Shown piece by piece: positions 27,212 to 33,755 of a stretch of 64,000 nt of DNA. The notes beneath the pieces were generated by a model. That model was given only the letters and a program-made list of their open reading frames with translations, had not been told where the DNA came from and did no database searches. Made by a program: the position numbers and the translations under genes. Source of the stretch: a virus; IMG/VR virus record IMGVR_UViG_3300006790_000001, positions 1-64,000 of that record; one strand, 5' to 3'. Position 1 is the stretch's first letter; every line of letters starts with the position of its first letter.

Positions 27212-27615
27212 ACCCCACCACACCCACAACCCTCACCACACTCACCACACTCGGCCTAGCCACATGGCGACTCACCCAACTATGGCAACAAGACACCATC
27301 ACACAACCACTACGAAACAAACTCACACACTGGCTACAACACACACAACCCGACGGCACCCCACACTGGATCACACACAACCCCGACGGCACAACACAGA
27401 TCGACCCACAAAAACAAAGACCCACACAACTACAAGACCTCGCAAACTGGGCACAAGAACTACACACCTGCACACGCTGCCTCTCAGTCTGGATAGCCGC
27501 CACACTCACACTCGCACAACACAAACGACCCCACCCCACACAACTACTCACAACAGCACTCGCAGCAGCCGCAATAAACAACCTCCTAGAAACCACCCCA
27601 CCCCCCACAAACTGA
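27208..27615 (+). CDS. DUF1360-like membrane protein
   Basis: LATWRLTQLWQQDTITQPLR ... CTRCLSVWIAATL resembles the DUF1360 pattern (a.yRlt.L...D.It.P.R ... C.wC.svW.a) from memory. Lies in the A+C-rich block. Confidence 0.45.
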   Translation: MNPTTPTTLTTLTTLGLATWRLTQLWQQDTITQPLRNKLTHWLQHTQPDGTPHWITHNPDGTTQIDPQKQRPTQLQDLANWAQELHTCTRCLSVWIAATLTLAQHKRPHPTQLLTTALAAAAINNLLETTPPPTN

Positions 27616-27645
27616 CCCCACAGGAACACACACAACACAGTGCGC

Positions 27646-27664
27646 TCGGGCGCTTTGCGCCCGG
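27646..27664 (+). terminator. hairpin at the end of the A+C-rich operon
   Basis: GGGCGC-TTT-GCGCCC, extendable by one C-G pair and one U-G pair. Followed by a G/T-rich tract rather than a clean T-run. Confidence 0.3.
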
Positions 27665-27665
27665 C

Positions 27666-27743
27666 TGGGGTGTTGTGGTTTGTCGCGGGTTGGTGCGGGT
27701 TGGGGCGGGCGAGTCTTTGCGGGGCGGCTAGGGAGGGGCGGGG
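27666..27743 (+). repeat. G-tract cluster (nine runs of G3-G4 within 78 nt)
   Basis: GGGG or GGG at 27667, 27687, 27697, 27702, 27707, 27721, 27731, 27735 and 27740. In 27661-27720 I counted 1 A and 10 C out of 60 nt. Confidence 0.8.
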
Positions 27744-27765
27744 CGGCGCAGTCTTGCGAGGCGCT

Positions 27766-27845
27766 GAATTCTTCGCGGCTCGCCGGACCCCCGCCGGGCT
27801 CGAGAATTCTGCGGCGCGACTCGGAAATTCTTGCGGCGCTCGACC
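27766..27845 (+). repeat. three iteron-like direct repeats, consensus (G/A)AATTCT(T)GCGGCGC
   Basis: GAATTCTTCGCGGCTCGCC (27766-27784), GAATTCTGCGGCGCGACTC (27804-27822), and AAATTCTTGCGGCGCTCGACC (27825-27845). Confidence 0.6.
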
Positions 27846-27930
27846 CCCCGGCTGCGCGTGCGCCCTTTCGTGGAGCCACCGCCGAAACCCCGGACAGGGT
27901 GTTCTCGGTATTTAGGGTGTTTCCCTCCGT

Positions 27931-27959
27931 TTGACGTTGCACCGGCCGGGTGCTAGGAT
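27931..27959 (+). promoter_or_regulatory. sigma-70/SigA-type promoter driving a leaderless transcript
   Basis: TTGACG (27931-27936), 17-nt spacer, TAGGAT (27954-27959), then 6 nt to ATG 27966. The spacer contains the dyad GCACC-GGCCG-GGTG. Confidence 0.6.
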
Positions 27960-27965
27960 CGGGCC

Positions 27966-28127
27966 ATGAGTAACGACACTTCAGACTCCCTCGTCGCGGT
28001 TTCCCCTACGACCGGCAGGACGTTTGCTGAGACCGAGGCCGAGCTGCGGCGGGTTTTCAAGATTGCCGTCGATTCGCTGGACCCGGGTTCGAGCGTGGCG
28101 GAGCGAACTCACCCGTGGTGGCGCTGA
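27966..28127 (+). CDS. small leaderless ORF (53 aa)
   Basis: Hand translation: MSNDTSDSLVAVSPTTGRTFAETEAELRRVFKIAVDSLDPGSSVAERTHPWWR. It starts 6 nt after the -10 and ends 2 nt before a T9 run. Confidence 0.35.
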   Translation: MSNDTSDSLVAVSPTTGRTFAETEAELRRVFKIAVDSLDPGSSVAERTHPWWR

Positions 28128-28129
28128 GA

Positions 28130-28138
28130 TTTTTTTTT
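28130..28138 (+). terminator. T9 run (possible intrinsic terminator tail)
   Basis: Nine consecutive T in a high-GC genome. The upstream stem (CTCA..TGAG plus a few pairs) is weak. Confidence 0.35.
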
Positions 28139-28153
28139 CGGGGTGTCGCCGCT

Positions 28154-28179
28154 GGAATACATTGCACCGCTCTGGTGTT
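28154..28179 (+). promoter_or_regulatory. ECF (SigR/SigH-type)-like promoter P1
   Basis: GGAATACATTGCACCGCTCTGGTGTT is an exact GGAAT-N18-GTT. It is intergenic and followed by a GGAGAGG Shine-Dalgarno sequence and ATG 28229. Confidence 0.55.
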
Positions 28180-28228
28180 GGCTTAGTTGCAGCGTTCGGA
28201 AGTGCCGGGCGGTGCGGAGAGGTTCCCT

Positions 28229-28534
28229 ATGTCTGTTCCCTGTTCCAGCGTCGGCTGCAGCGGCGACGCTGAGTTCGACGTCTACACCCACGCCAACTAC
28301 GGCTCCGGCCCCACCGCCGGGGCTTACTGTGTTGGCTGCATTCCCCTGTTCCTCAACGACAACTGGAACTCGCACCCGGCGTACCGGGTGATCGCTTTCG
28401 ACCACACCAATTTCTGGATCAGCCACGGCCTCCTCGCCGTCGGCTCGACCTATGTGGTCGACCCTGTCACGGTCCCCGGTGCCCACGGCCCCGGCGTCGC
28501 CCTCCCCCACAAGATTCACGAGGTGAACGCCTGA
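28229..28534 (+). CDS. hypothetical Cys-containing protein (101 aa)
   Basis: ATG 28229 is preceded by GGAGAGG. Same frame as track ORF 28187... Confidence 0.5.
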   Translation: MSVPCSSVGCSGDAEFDVYTHANYGSGPTAGAYCVGCIPLFLNDNWNSHPAYRVIAFDHTNFWISHGLLAVGSTYVVDPVTVPGAHGPGVALPHKIHEVNA

Positions 28535-28818
28535 TGACCCGCATCCCCGCCAAGGACCTGAAGCCGGGCGACTTGGTCCGTGTCCACTCGATGGAGTGCA
28601 AGGTCCTCGCCGCCGAGCCCGCTTTCGACGGCCGGGTCCGGCTCACCATGGAGTGCGTCGCCGAGTGGGGCGGCGACCCGAGCGACATCGGCTGGGTCTA
28701 CACCTACTCGATCGGCCCGAACGTCATGTACATGCCGGGCGACGGCACGACCGGTTCGATCCCCACTGTCGGCGAGGCGCTCGCCGATCTGCTCGACAAC
28801 AAGGAAGGTTCCCGATGA
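28534..28818 (+). CDS. hypothetical protein (94 aa)
   Basis: Coupled ORF. The C-terminal DNKEGSR is encoded by the 29-nt junction repeat. Confidence 0.5.
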   Translation: MTRIPAKDLKPGDLVRVHSMECKVLAAEPAFDGRVRLTMECVAEWGGDPSDIGWVYTYSIGPNVMYMPGDGTTGSIPTVGEALADLLDNKEGSR

Positions 28819-28821
28819 GCA
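28793..28821 (+). repeat. 29-nt exact junction repeat, copy 1
   Basis: TCGACAACAAGGAAGGTTCCCGATGAGCA is identical to 29029-29057. It spans the C-terminal codons, a Shine-Dalgarno sequence (AAGGAAGG) and the ATGA start/stop overlap. Confidence 0.9.
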
Positions 28822-29054
28822 TTACTTTCACTTCACTGGGCGGCACCCGCCCCCTCTACCTCGTCGAAGCCGACGGCGAGACGGTCGGGATCGTCGGCAA
28901 GACCGAGACGGCCACCCGGTCCTACTGGTACGCCCTCGATGCGGACCACAAGAGGATCGACCATCCCCGGTTCGACGCCGACGGCTACGAGATCGACCGC
29001 ACCCGTAAGCGGGTGACGAAAGCTCTGATCGACAACAAGGAAGGTTCCCGATGA
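28815..29054 (+). CDS. hypothetical protein (79 aa)
   Basis: ATG 28815 lies within an ATGA overlap. The protein also ends DNKEGSR. Confidence 0.5.
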   Translation: MSITFTSLGGTRPLYLVEADGETVGIVGKTETATRSYWYALDADHKRIDHPRFDADGYEIDRTRKRVTKALIDNKEGSR

Positions 29055-29057
29055 GCA
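29029..29057 (+). repeat. 29-nt exact junction repeat, copy 2
   Basis: Identical to 28793-28821. Confidence 0.9.
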
Positions 29058-29659
29058 CCCCCACCACCTATGTCCCTGGCGATGAGGTCGTCACCCCCGA
29101 CGGCCGTGTCGTAACCGTCGTTCGGGTCCATCCCGACTTTCACACCCTGACCCCGGCGACCGCCCACCATGTCTGGGTGATCGATGCCCCGGACCGTTCG
29201 ACGCCGGAGCACTACGACCCGGACGACCTGCGGCCGGACCTCCCGCTGCTCGACTCCGAGCTGGATGCCCGTGAGGGCTGGCGGAACCACGTCTTCGCCG
29301 CTTCCGACGACTGGGTCCGCAACGAGGTTCGGGGCGGCGTCACTCGGATGCGCCCGTGGTGGAAGGTCGAACTTGCCCTGGCCGAGTTGAACCGCCGGGG
29401 CCTCTCGGCGGAAGAGGTCGTCGCTGCGAAGGGTCTGCGCCGGGGCGACAAGATCACCGGCTTCCCCGACGCCACGCTCTCCCCGCCCCTCCCGTTGTTC
29501 GTCCACGAGGTCGACGCCGAGGCCGAGACGCTGAGCGACGGTGTGTTCCGGTCCGCCATCGTCGTCACTGTCGATTCGTTCGACCCCGGCGAGGGGTGGC
29601 ACGGTGACCGGTCGACCATCTCCCTCCCGCCCGACGTGAAGGTGGAGGTGGAGCGATGA
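29051..29659 (+). CDS. hypothetical protein (202 aa)
   Basis: Track ORF, coupled at both ends. Confidence 0.55.
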   Translation: MSTPTTYVPGDEVVTPDGRVVTVVRVHPDFHTLTPATAHHVWVIDAPDRSTPEHYDPDDLRPDLPLLDSELDAREGWRNHVFAASDDWVRNEVRGGVTRMRPWWKVELALAELNRRGLSAEEVVAAKGLRRGDKITGFPDATLSPPLPLFVHEVDAEAETLSDGVFRSAIVVTVDSFDPGEGWHGDRSTISLPPDVKVEVER

Positions 29660-29922
29660 TCGATCCGATCGATTTTCACAACCCGTCGACTCGTCCGCTC
29701 CGGCGGATCGAGGTCACGGTCCGCAACGATGACCGGCTCAACGCCGAGGCGTACCGGCTGCGGGAGTACTTGTACTCGAACTTCTCGGTCTTCTCCGTGG
29801 AGGAGACTGACTCTGCTTGGGCGACGATCGTCGTGACGGGCCGGGACAGGGCCGGGTTCACGGCCGAGGCGGTCGCTGCTCGGCTCGGGTCCGGCAGTTT
29901 CGGTGCGAAGGTGGTGGCCTGA
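29656..29922 (+). CDS. hypothetical protein (88 aa)
   Basis: Track ORF, coupled at both ends. Confidence 0.5.
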   Translation: MIDPIDFHNPSTRPLRRIEVTVRNDDRLNAEAYRLREYLYSNFSVFSVEETDSAWATIVVTGRDRAGFTAEAVAARLGSGSFGAKVVA

Positions 29923-30227
29923 TGGCGAGCGAACCGAAGACCAGTGGTGACGAGATCGGCGAGGCTCTCGATCGAGCCCCGTCCGACACCGAGGTCATCG
30001 TGATGACCGGCAGCCCACACGGCCACTGGGCCGTCGGCTCGACCGAAGAGGAAGCACTCGAAACGCTACATCGGGTCTGCGGCTGCACCGACCCCGAGGA
30101 GAAGGCCATCGGCCGGTTCTCCGAGCCGGTTTCCGTGGTGGTCGACATTCTCGGTCGCCCGTGGTGGAAGCCCGGCACTGCGACCCTCGAATGGGACGAC
30201 ACTGACGAACTGGAAGGGAGACTGTGA
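29922..30227 (+). CDS. hypothetical protein (101 aa)
   Basis: ATG 29922 shares a base with the upstream TGA. Same frame as track ORF 29817... Confidence 0.5.
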   Translation: MASEPKTSGDEIGEALDRAPSDTEVIVMTGSPHGHWAVGSTEEEALETLHRVCGCTDPEEKAIGRFSEPVSVVVDILGRPWWKPGTATLEWDDTDELEGRL

Positions 30228-30300
30228 CGGCGCACGATTGGGTCGATGTGGCCGTCGCTGCCCTGGCTCTTGGATTGATTTTTTGGTGGGGTTTCCCACG

Positions 30301-30326
30301 GGAATAGATCGCACCGGTCCGGTGTT
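30301..30326 (+). promoter_or_regulatory. ECF (SigR/SigH-type)-like promoter P2
   Basis: GGAATAGATCGCACCGGTCCGGTGTT matches GGAAT-N18-GTT, with a perfect 13-bp palindrome CACCGG-T-CCGGTG in the spacer. A T6 run lies upstream at 30279-30284. Confidence 0.55.
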
Positions 30327-30362
30327 GACCCGAGTGGCCACCTACCGAAAGGACACCCCGCA

Positions 30363-30707
30363 ATGAACACCTACCGAATCCTTCGAGACACCGGCAAGGG
30401 CGACGAAGTCCACGCCGAAGGATGCCGAGACATCGCCCGGACCGCCGCCCGCTACGGCGAAACCGGCTGGACGTTCACCGCCGAGCCCGGCGCCGACCTG
30501 GCCTACGAAGCGGCTCGCGACACGTACGAGGACCACATCAGCGACTACGGCTACGAGTACGACTCGCCCGAGGCCGTCCACTACTGGCGAGAGTGCGCCC
30601 ACGGGTTCAAAGTCCACAACTGCGCCCACAAGCTGAACACCGTGCCCGAGATGCCCGACTTCAGCGACGACGACGAGGTCGACTTCACACGAGAGGTGGT
30701 CCGATGA
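30363..30707 (+). CDS. hypothetical protein (114 aa)
   Basis: Track ORF with a GAAAGGA Shine-Dalgarno sequence upstream. Confidence 0.55.
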   Translation: MNTYRILRDTGKGDEVHAEGCRDIARTAARYGETGWTFTAEPGADLAYEAARDTYEDHISDYGYEYDSPEAVHYWRECAHGFKVHNCAHKLNTVPEMPDFSDDDEVDFTREVVR

Positions 30708-30952
30708 CCATGATGAAGTGCGGCCACGCCGCCAACGCCACCGAAGCCGGTAAGCCGGTCTGCGTTGTCTGCTACGGGATCGTCCCCGGCGCTGACGAGA
30801 TCGACACCGACGCCCCCGACCTGACCGGTCGAGAGTCGAAGTGTGGGTACTGCCGGAACGTCGAGCCGTCGTCCCCCCGCCTTGCGTACTTCCGCCACGC
30901 ACCCGATCGGCCTCGCGACTCGCATTACTGCGGGTGCCGGGGCTGGAACTGA
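30704..30952 (+). CDS. hypothetical Cys-rich (zinc-ribbon-like) protein (82 aa)
   Basis: ATG 30704 lies within an ATGA overlap. The Cys pairs CVVC ... CGYC ... CGC suggest metal binding. Confidence 0.5.
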   Translation: MTMMKCGHAANATEAGKPVCVVCYGIVPGADEIDTDAPDLTGRESKCGYCRNVEPSSPRLAYFRHAPDRPRDSHYCGCRGWN

Positions 30953-30987
30953 TCAACCCAACCCAACCCAACCCACGGAGGTTCCAC

Positions 30988-31737
30988 ATGACAGAGAAGA
31001 CCAAGCTCGCCGACAAGATCCGAGCCCTGTTCGCCAAGGCCCGGCACGAGCTGACCGGCGAAGCCGAGGCCCGAGCGTTCGAAGCGAAGGCCAACGACCT
31101 GATGGCCAAGCACATGATCGAGATGGCCGAGATCACGGGCCGGGTCGACGGCCACGAGTTCGTCGGCAGGCTCTACTACCACGGGCCGACCGGCCCCCGA
31201 GGCGTGCGGCTGTCGGCCCTGATGGGTTCGATCGCTCGACCGCACGGCGTTCACCACATGGTGACGTCGATGACCTGGGGGTTCAAGGTCCCGGCCAGCT
31301 GGAATCTGGTCGAGTCCGGCGAGGTCGTCAAGAAGGGCCGGTACTCGCTGCTGTATGGCCGAGCTGAGATCGTCGAGGGCGTGATCGCCTTGTTTGAGCG
31401 GCTCAGTATCGACGCCTTGGCTGGTGCCAGCGACGTGAAGGGCTACGATGCTGCTGACACGAAGCGGATGCGGAACAACTTCTTGGACAGCTACGGCGAT
31501 GCGGTCGAGGGTCGGCTTATGAAGTTGAATCGGGCTCGGGACGAGGAGACCGAGGGCCGGTTCTTGCCGGTGCTCCGCTCTGATCGGGAGCGGGCTGCAG
31601 AGATCGCCCCGAACGGGAGCCGGGGCTCTGGCTACAGCAGCTGGGGCGGCGGTCACGCTGAGGGGGCTGCGGCTGGTGGCCGGGCGAACTTGGCGGGTCG
31701 TTCGATGCCGAACGCTAGGAGGGCGCTCAATGCCTGA
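30988..31737 (+). CDS. DUF2786-like protein
   Basis: N-terminus KIRALFAKARHELTGEAEARAFEAKANDLMAKHMIE matches the DUF2786 helical hairpin pattern from memory. ATG 30988 is preceded by the conserved CAACC/GGAGG junction. Confidence 0.5.
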   Translation: MTEKTKLADKIRALFAKARHELTGEAEARAFEAKANDLMAKHMIEMAEITGRVDGHEFVGRLYYHGPTGPRGVRLSALMGSIARPHGVHHMVTSMTWGFKVPASWNLVESGEVVKKGRYSLLYGRAEIVEGVIALFERLSIDALAGASDVKGYDAADTKRMRNNFLDSYGDAVEGRLMKLNRARDEETEGRFLPVLRSDRERAAEIAPNGSRGSGYSSWGGGHAEGAAAGGRANLAGRSMPNARRALNA

Positions 31738-32107
31738 TCCGAAGCGACGGGCTTTCACGGCTCCGGTCAGGGAGCCGATGAGCGACGAGCAGTACCTGCG
31801 GTGCGCTCTTGGCATGTTCGATGTCATCCAGTGGCACGATGGCACTACCGAGGTGGCCGACCTCGACCTACGACGTGAGGCCATCCTCGGCCTGGCCGAC
31901 CGGTTCGGGCACAGCCCGATCTGGTTCTTCATCGTCCTGCGGTACTGCTTTGAGTTCAACGAGATGACGCCTGCAGAGGCCGAGCCCGTGGTCGCCGCCG
32001 CGATCAAACGGTTCGACCCGAACCATTCGGCCAACCCCGCCGACTGGCTCGGCGAGCACTACGGCGGGGGCGCGGGCGCACCCGGCGAGCAGTGGGAGTC
32101 GTTCTGA
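31730..32107 (+). CDS. hypothetical protein (125 aa)
   Basis: ATG 31730 overlaps the upstream gene by 8 nt. Same frame as track ORF 31676... Confidence 0.5.
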   Translation: MPDPKRRAFTAPVREPMSDEQYLRCALGMFDVIQWHDGTTEVADLDLRREAILGLADRFGHSPIWFFIVLRYCFEFNEMTPAEAEPVVAAAIKRFDPNHSANPADWLGEHYGGGAGAPGEQWESF

Positions 32108-32113
32108 TGACCG

Positions 32114-32139
32114 GGAATACTTCGCACCGGGGAGGTGTT
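32114..32139 (+). promoter_or_regulatory. ECF (SigR/SigH-type)-like promoter P3 (near-leaderless)
   Basis: GGAATACTTCGCACCGGGGAGGTGTT matches GGAAT-N18-GTT. TTG 32147 and ATG 32150 follow 7-10 nt after GTT with no Shine-Dalgarno sequence. Confidence 0.55.
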
Positions 32140-32149
32140 GACTTAGTTG

Positions 32150-32542
32150 ATGACTTACGACTTCGACTTCCGCAGCTTCGACACCGACACTGACGCTCGC
32201 GAGGGCGTCATCGCCTACTGGGACGCAGTCATCGCCGACACCCACGAGGCGCTCCGCCTTGTGATCGACAACGCTCTCGCCGCTGGCAAGCGTGGCGACG
32301 ACCCCACCGTTGCCCCCACTCTGGCCATGTTCCGGGCGATGCTCGCCGAGGCTGAGGACAACCGCCACACCAGCAACGTCATGCGCTTCAGCACTCGCAA
32401 GATGCTCGCCACCAAGGCTGCTGAGAAGGCTGCCATCGCCGCCAAGGACGACGACAGCTGCCCCTTCTGCATCAACGGCTACATCCGTGAGTTCGCCCAT
32501 GTCGCCAACGGCATCTGCTTCCGCTGCGATGGCCGCGGCTGA
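32150..32542 (+). CDS. hypothetical protein with a C-terminal Cys4 motif (130 aa)
   Basis: The protein ends with the motif CPFCINGY......CFRCDGRG. The start is ATG 32150; the track lists TTG 32147. Confidence 0.5.
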   Translation: MTYDFDFRSFDTDTDAREGVIAYWDAVIADTHEALRLVIDNALAAGKRGDDPTVAPTLAMFRAMLAEAEDNRHTSNVMRFSTRKMLATKAAEKAAIAAKDDDSCPFCINGYIREFAHVANGICFRCDGRG

Positions 32543-32573
32543 TCCAACCACCAACCACAGAAAGAGGTTCCAC

Positions 32574-32774
32574 ATGACCAAGCGCCGGACCTACGTCCGC
32601 AAGCATGAAGGCTACGGCCTGACCGCCGACGGCGAACTCTGGAAGATGGGACGACACGGCTACCTCGCCGGTTACGTCTCGCACCCGGACAACATCGCCA
32701 CGGCCGTCGACAACCACGAAGAAGAGATGCGAATCCTGCGGGCAGATGCCATGCGGGAGTTCGGACTGAGCTGA
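32574..32774 (+). CDS. hypothetical protein (66 aa)
   Basis: ATG 32574 is preceded by the conserved CAACC/AGAGG junction. Same frame as track ORF 32292... Confidence 0.45.
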   Translation: MTKRRTYVRKHEGYGLTADGELWKMGRHGYLAGYVSHPDNIATAVDNHEEEMRILRADAMREFGLS

Positions 32775-32800
32775 CCAACCCAACCACCTGGAGGTTTCCA

Positions 32801-33007
32801 ATGACCCTGACCGTTTCCCCCGCCTACGGCCGTGACTACAAGTCCCGGGACGCAGTCCTTGAGGACTGGCACGACAACAAGGACTTCATTGTCGAGTCCT
32901 TCGGCCCGCACATGGGCCGCTACATCAACAAGGCCGACGCTGAGGCCAACCTCGTTGGCCCGGTCGAGATCCGCTACGCCAAGCTCACCAAGGCGGTGAT
33001 CGTCTGA
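32801..33007 (+). CDS. hypothetical protein (68 aa)
   Basis: Track ORF preceded by the conserved CAACC/GGAGG junction. Confidence 0.5.
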   Translation: MTLTVSPAYGRDYKSRDAVLEDWHDNKDFIVESFGPHMGRYINKADAEANLVGPVEIRYAKLTKAVIV

Positions 33008-33222
33008 TGAAGACCACGCGAAGCTACGTGCAGCCGTGCAGCTACACCGAGGCCGTTGAGCACTGCACCGAGATGTGCCGGAACAGCCCGGAGGTTGTCG
33101 GCGGCACCTACTTGATCGCCTTCCCCCAGGAGGACGGCAGCACCATTGTGCGGGAGATCATGCTGCGGTACAACGACGACCTCGACCTCGTGCGGCCCGA
33201 CTACTACGACCGCTTGGATTGA
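33007..33222 (+). CDS. hypothetical protein (71 aa)
   Basis: Track ORF. The upstream stop abuts its start (TGATG). Confidence 0.5.
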   Translation: MKTTRSYVQPCSYTEAVEHCTEMCRNSPEVVGGTYLIAFPQEDGSTIVREIMLRYNDDLDLVRPDYYDRLD

Positions 33223-33321
33223 TGATCAAGTAGTCGATCGTGGGGGCGGGGAGTTCGTGGAACCTCCTCCCCGCTCCCACCCCCAACCAGCTAGCACCAT
33301 CCCGGTGTATACTCGATTGAA

Positions 33322-33621
33322 ATGAAACTTGGAGACACAATGATTCTTGAACTAAACGACACCGACGGATACAACGGCTGGACCAACCGAGACACCTGGC
33401 TCGTCAACCTGTGGCTCGACAACGACTACGGCAGCTACGCCGCAAAGCTCGACCGCATCGCTGCCGAGACCAGCCCGATCGACGCAGCTGCAGCTCGCCG
33501 CATCTTCGACGATCTCGGGGCGTCTGACATCATCGGCGACGAGTTCTCGATCGAGAACGTCAACTTCGACGAGATCGCAGTCTCGTGGGAAGATGACCGC
33601 CTAGAAGGGCGATCGCTGTAG
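33322..33621 (+). CDS. hypothetical protein (99 aa; alternative start 33340)
   Basis: Track ORF. Last gene of cassette 3, followed by nested hairpins and a terminator. Confidence 0.5.
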   Translation: MKLGDTMILELNDTDGYNGWTNRDTWLVNLWLDNDYGSYAAKLDRIAAETSPIDAAAARRIFDDLGASDIIGDEFSIENVNFDEIAVSWEDDRLEGRSL

Positions 33622-33697
33622 CCTGACCTAGCGCCTCTCGGGATGTGCCCATAGGGCACCGGCCCATAGGGCGAGGGGCGCTGCCCTGGTGGGGCTG

Positions 33698-33745
33698 GCC
33701 CCTGCCGACGACCCGGACCCGTCGGCGGGGGCCAATTTCTTTTTT
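33698..33745 (+). terminator. strong intrinsic terminator
   Basis: A 13-bp stem: GCCCCTGCCGACG (33698-33710) pairs with CGTCGGCGGGGGC (33720-33732), with one G-U pair. The loop is 9 nt. The stem is followed by CAATTTCTTTTTT. Confidence 0.75.
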
Positions 33746-33755
33746 CCCCACCCCC

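Noticed and set aside
26532-27640. The A+C-rich block as a simple low-complexity repeat or microsatellite, or as the template/variable region of a diversity-generating retroelement or retron.
   Set aside because: There is no tandem periodicity. Three long ORFs with recognisable motifs are maintained. No reverse transcriptase gene is present in the window, and no second copy of the segment was noticed by eye. DGRs diversify adenines rather than deplete G and T.
28081-28100. GGGTTCGAGCG, a T-loop-like string suggesting a tRNA.
   Set aside because: The flanking bases do not form a T-stem or acceptor stem, and the string lies inside the 53-aa ORF.
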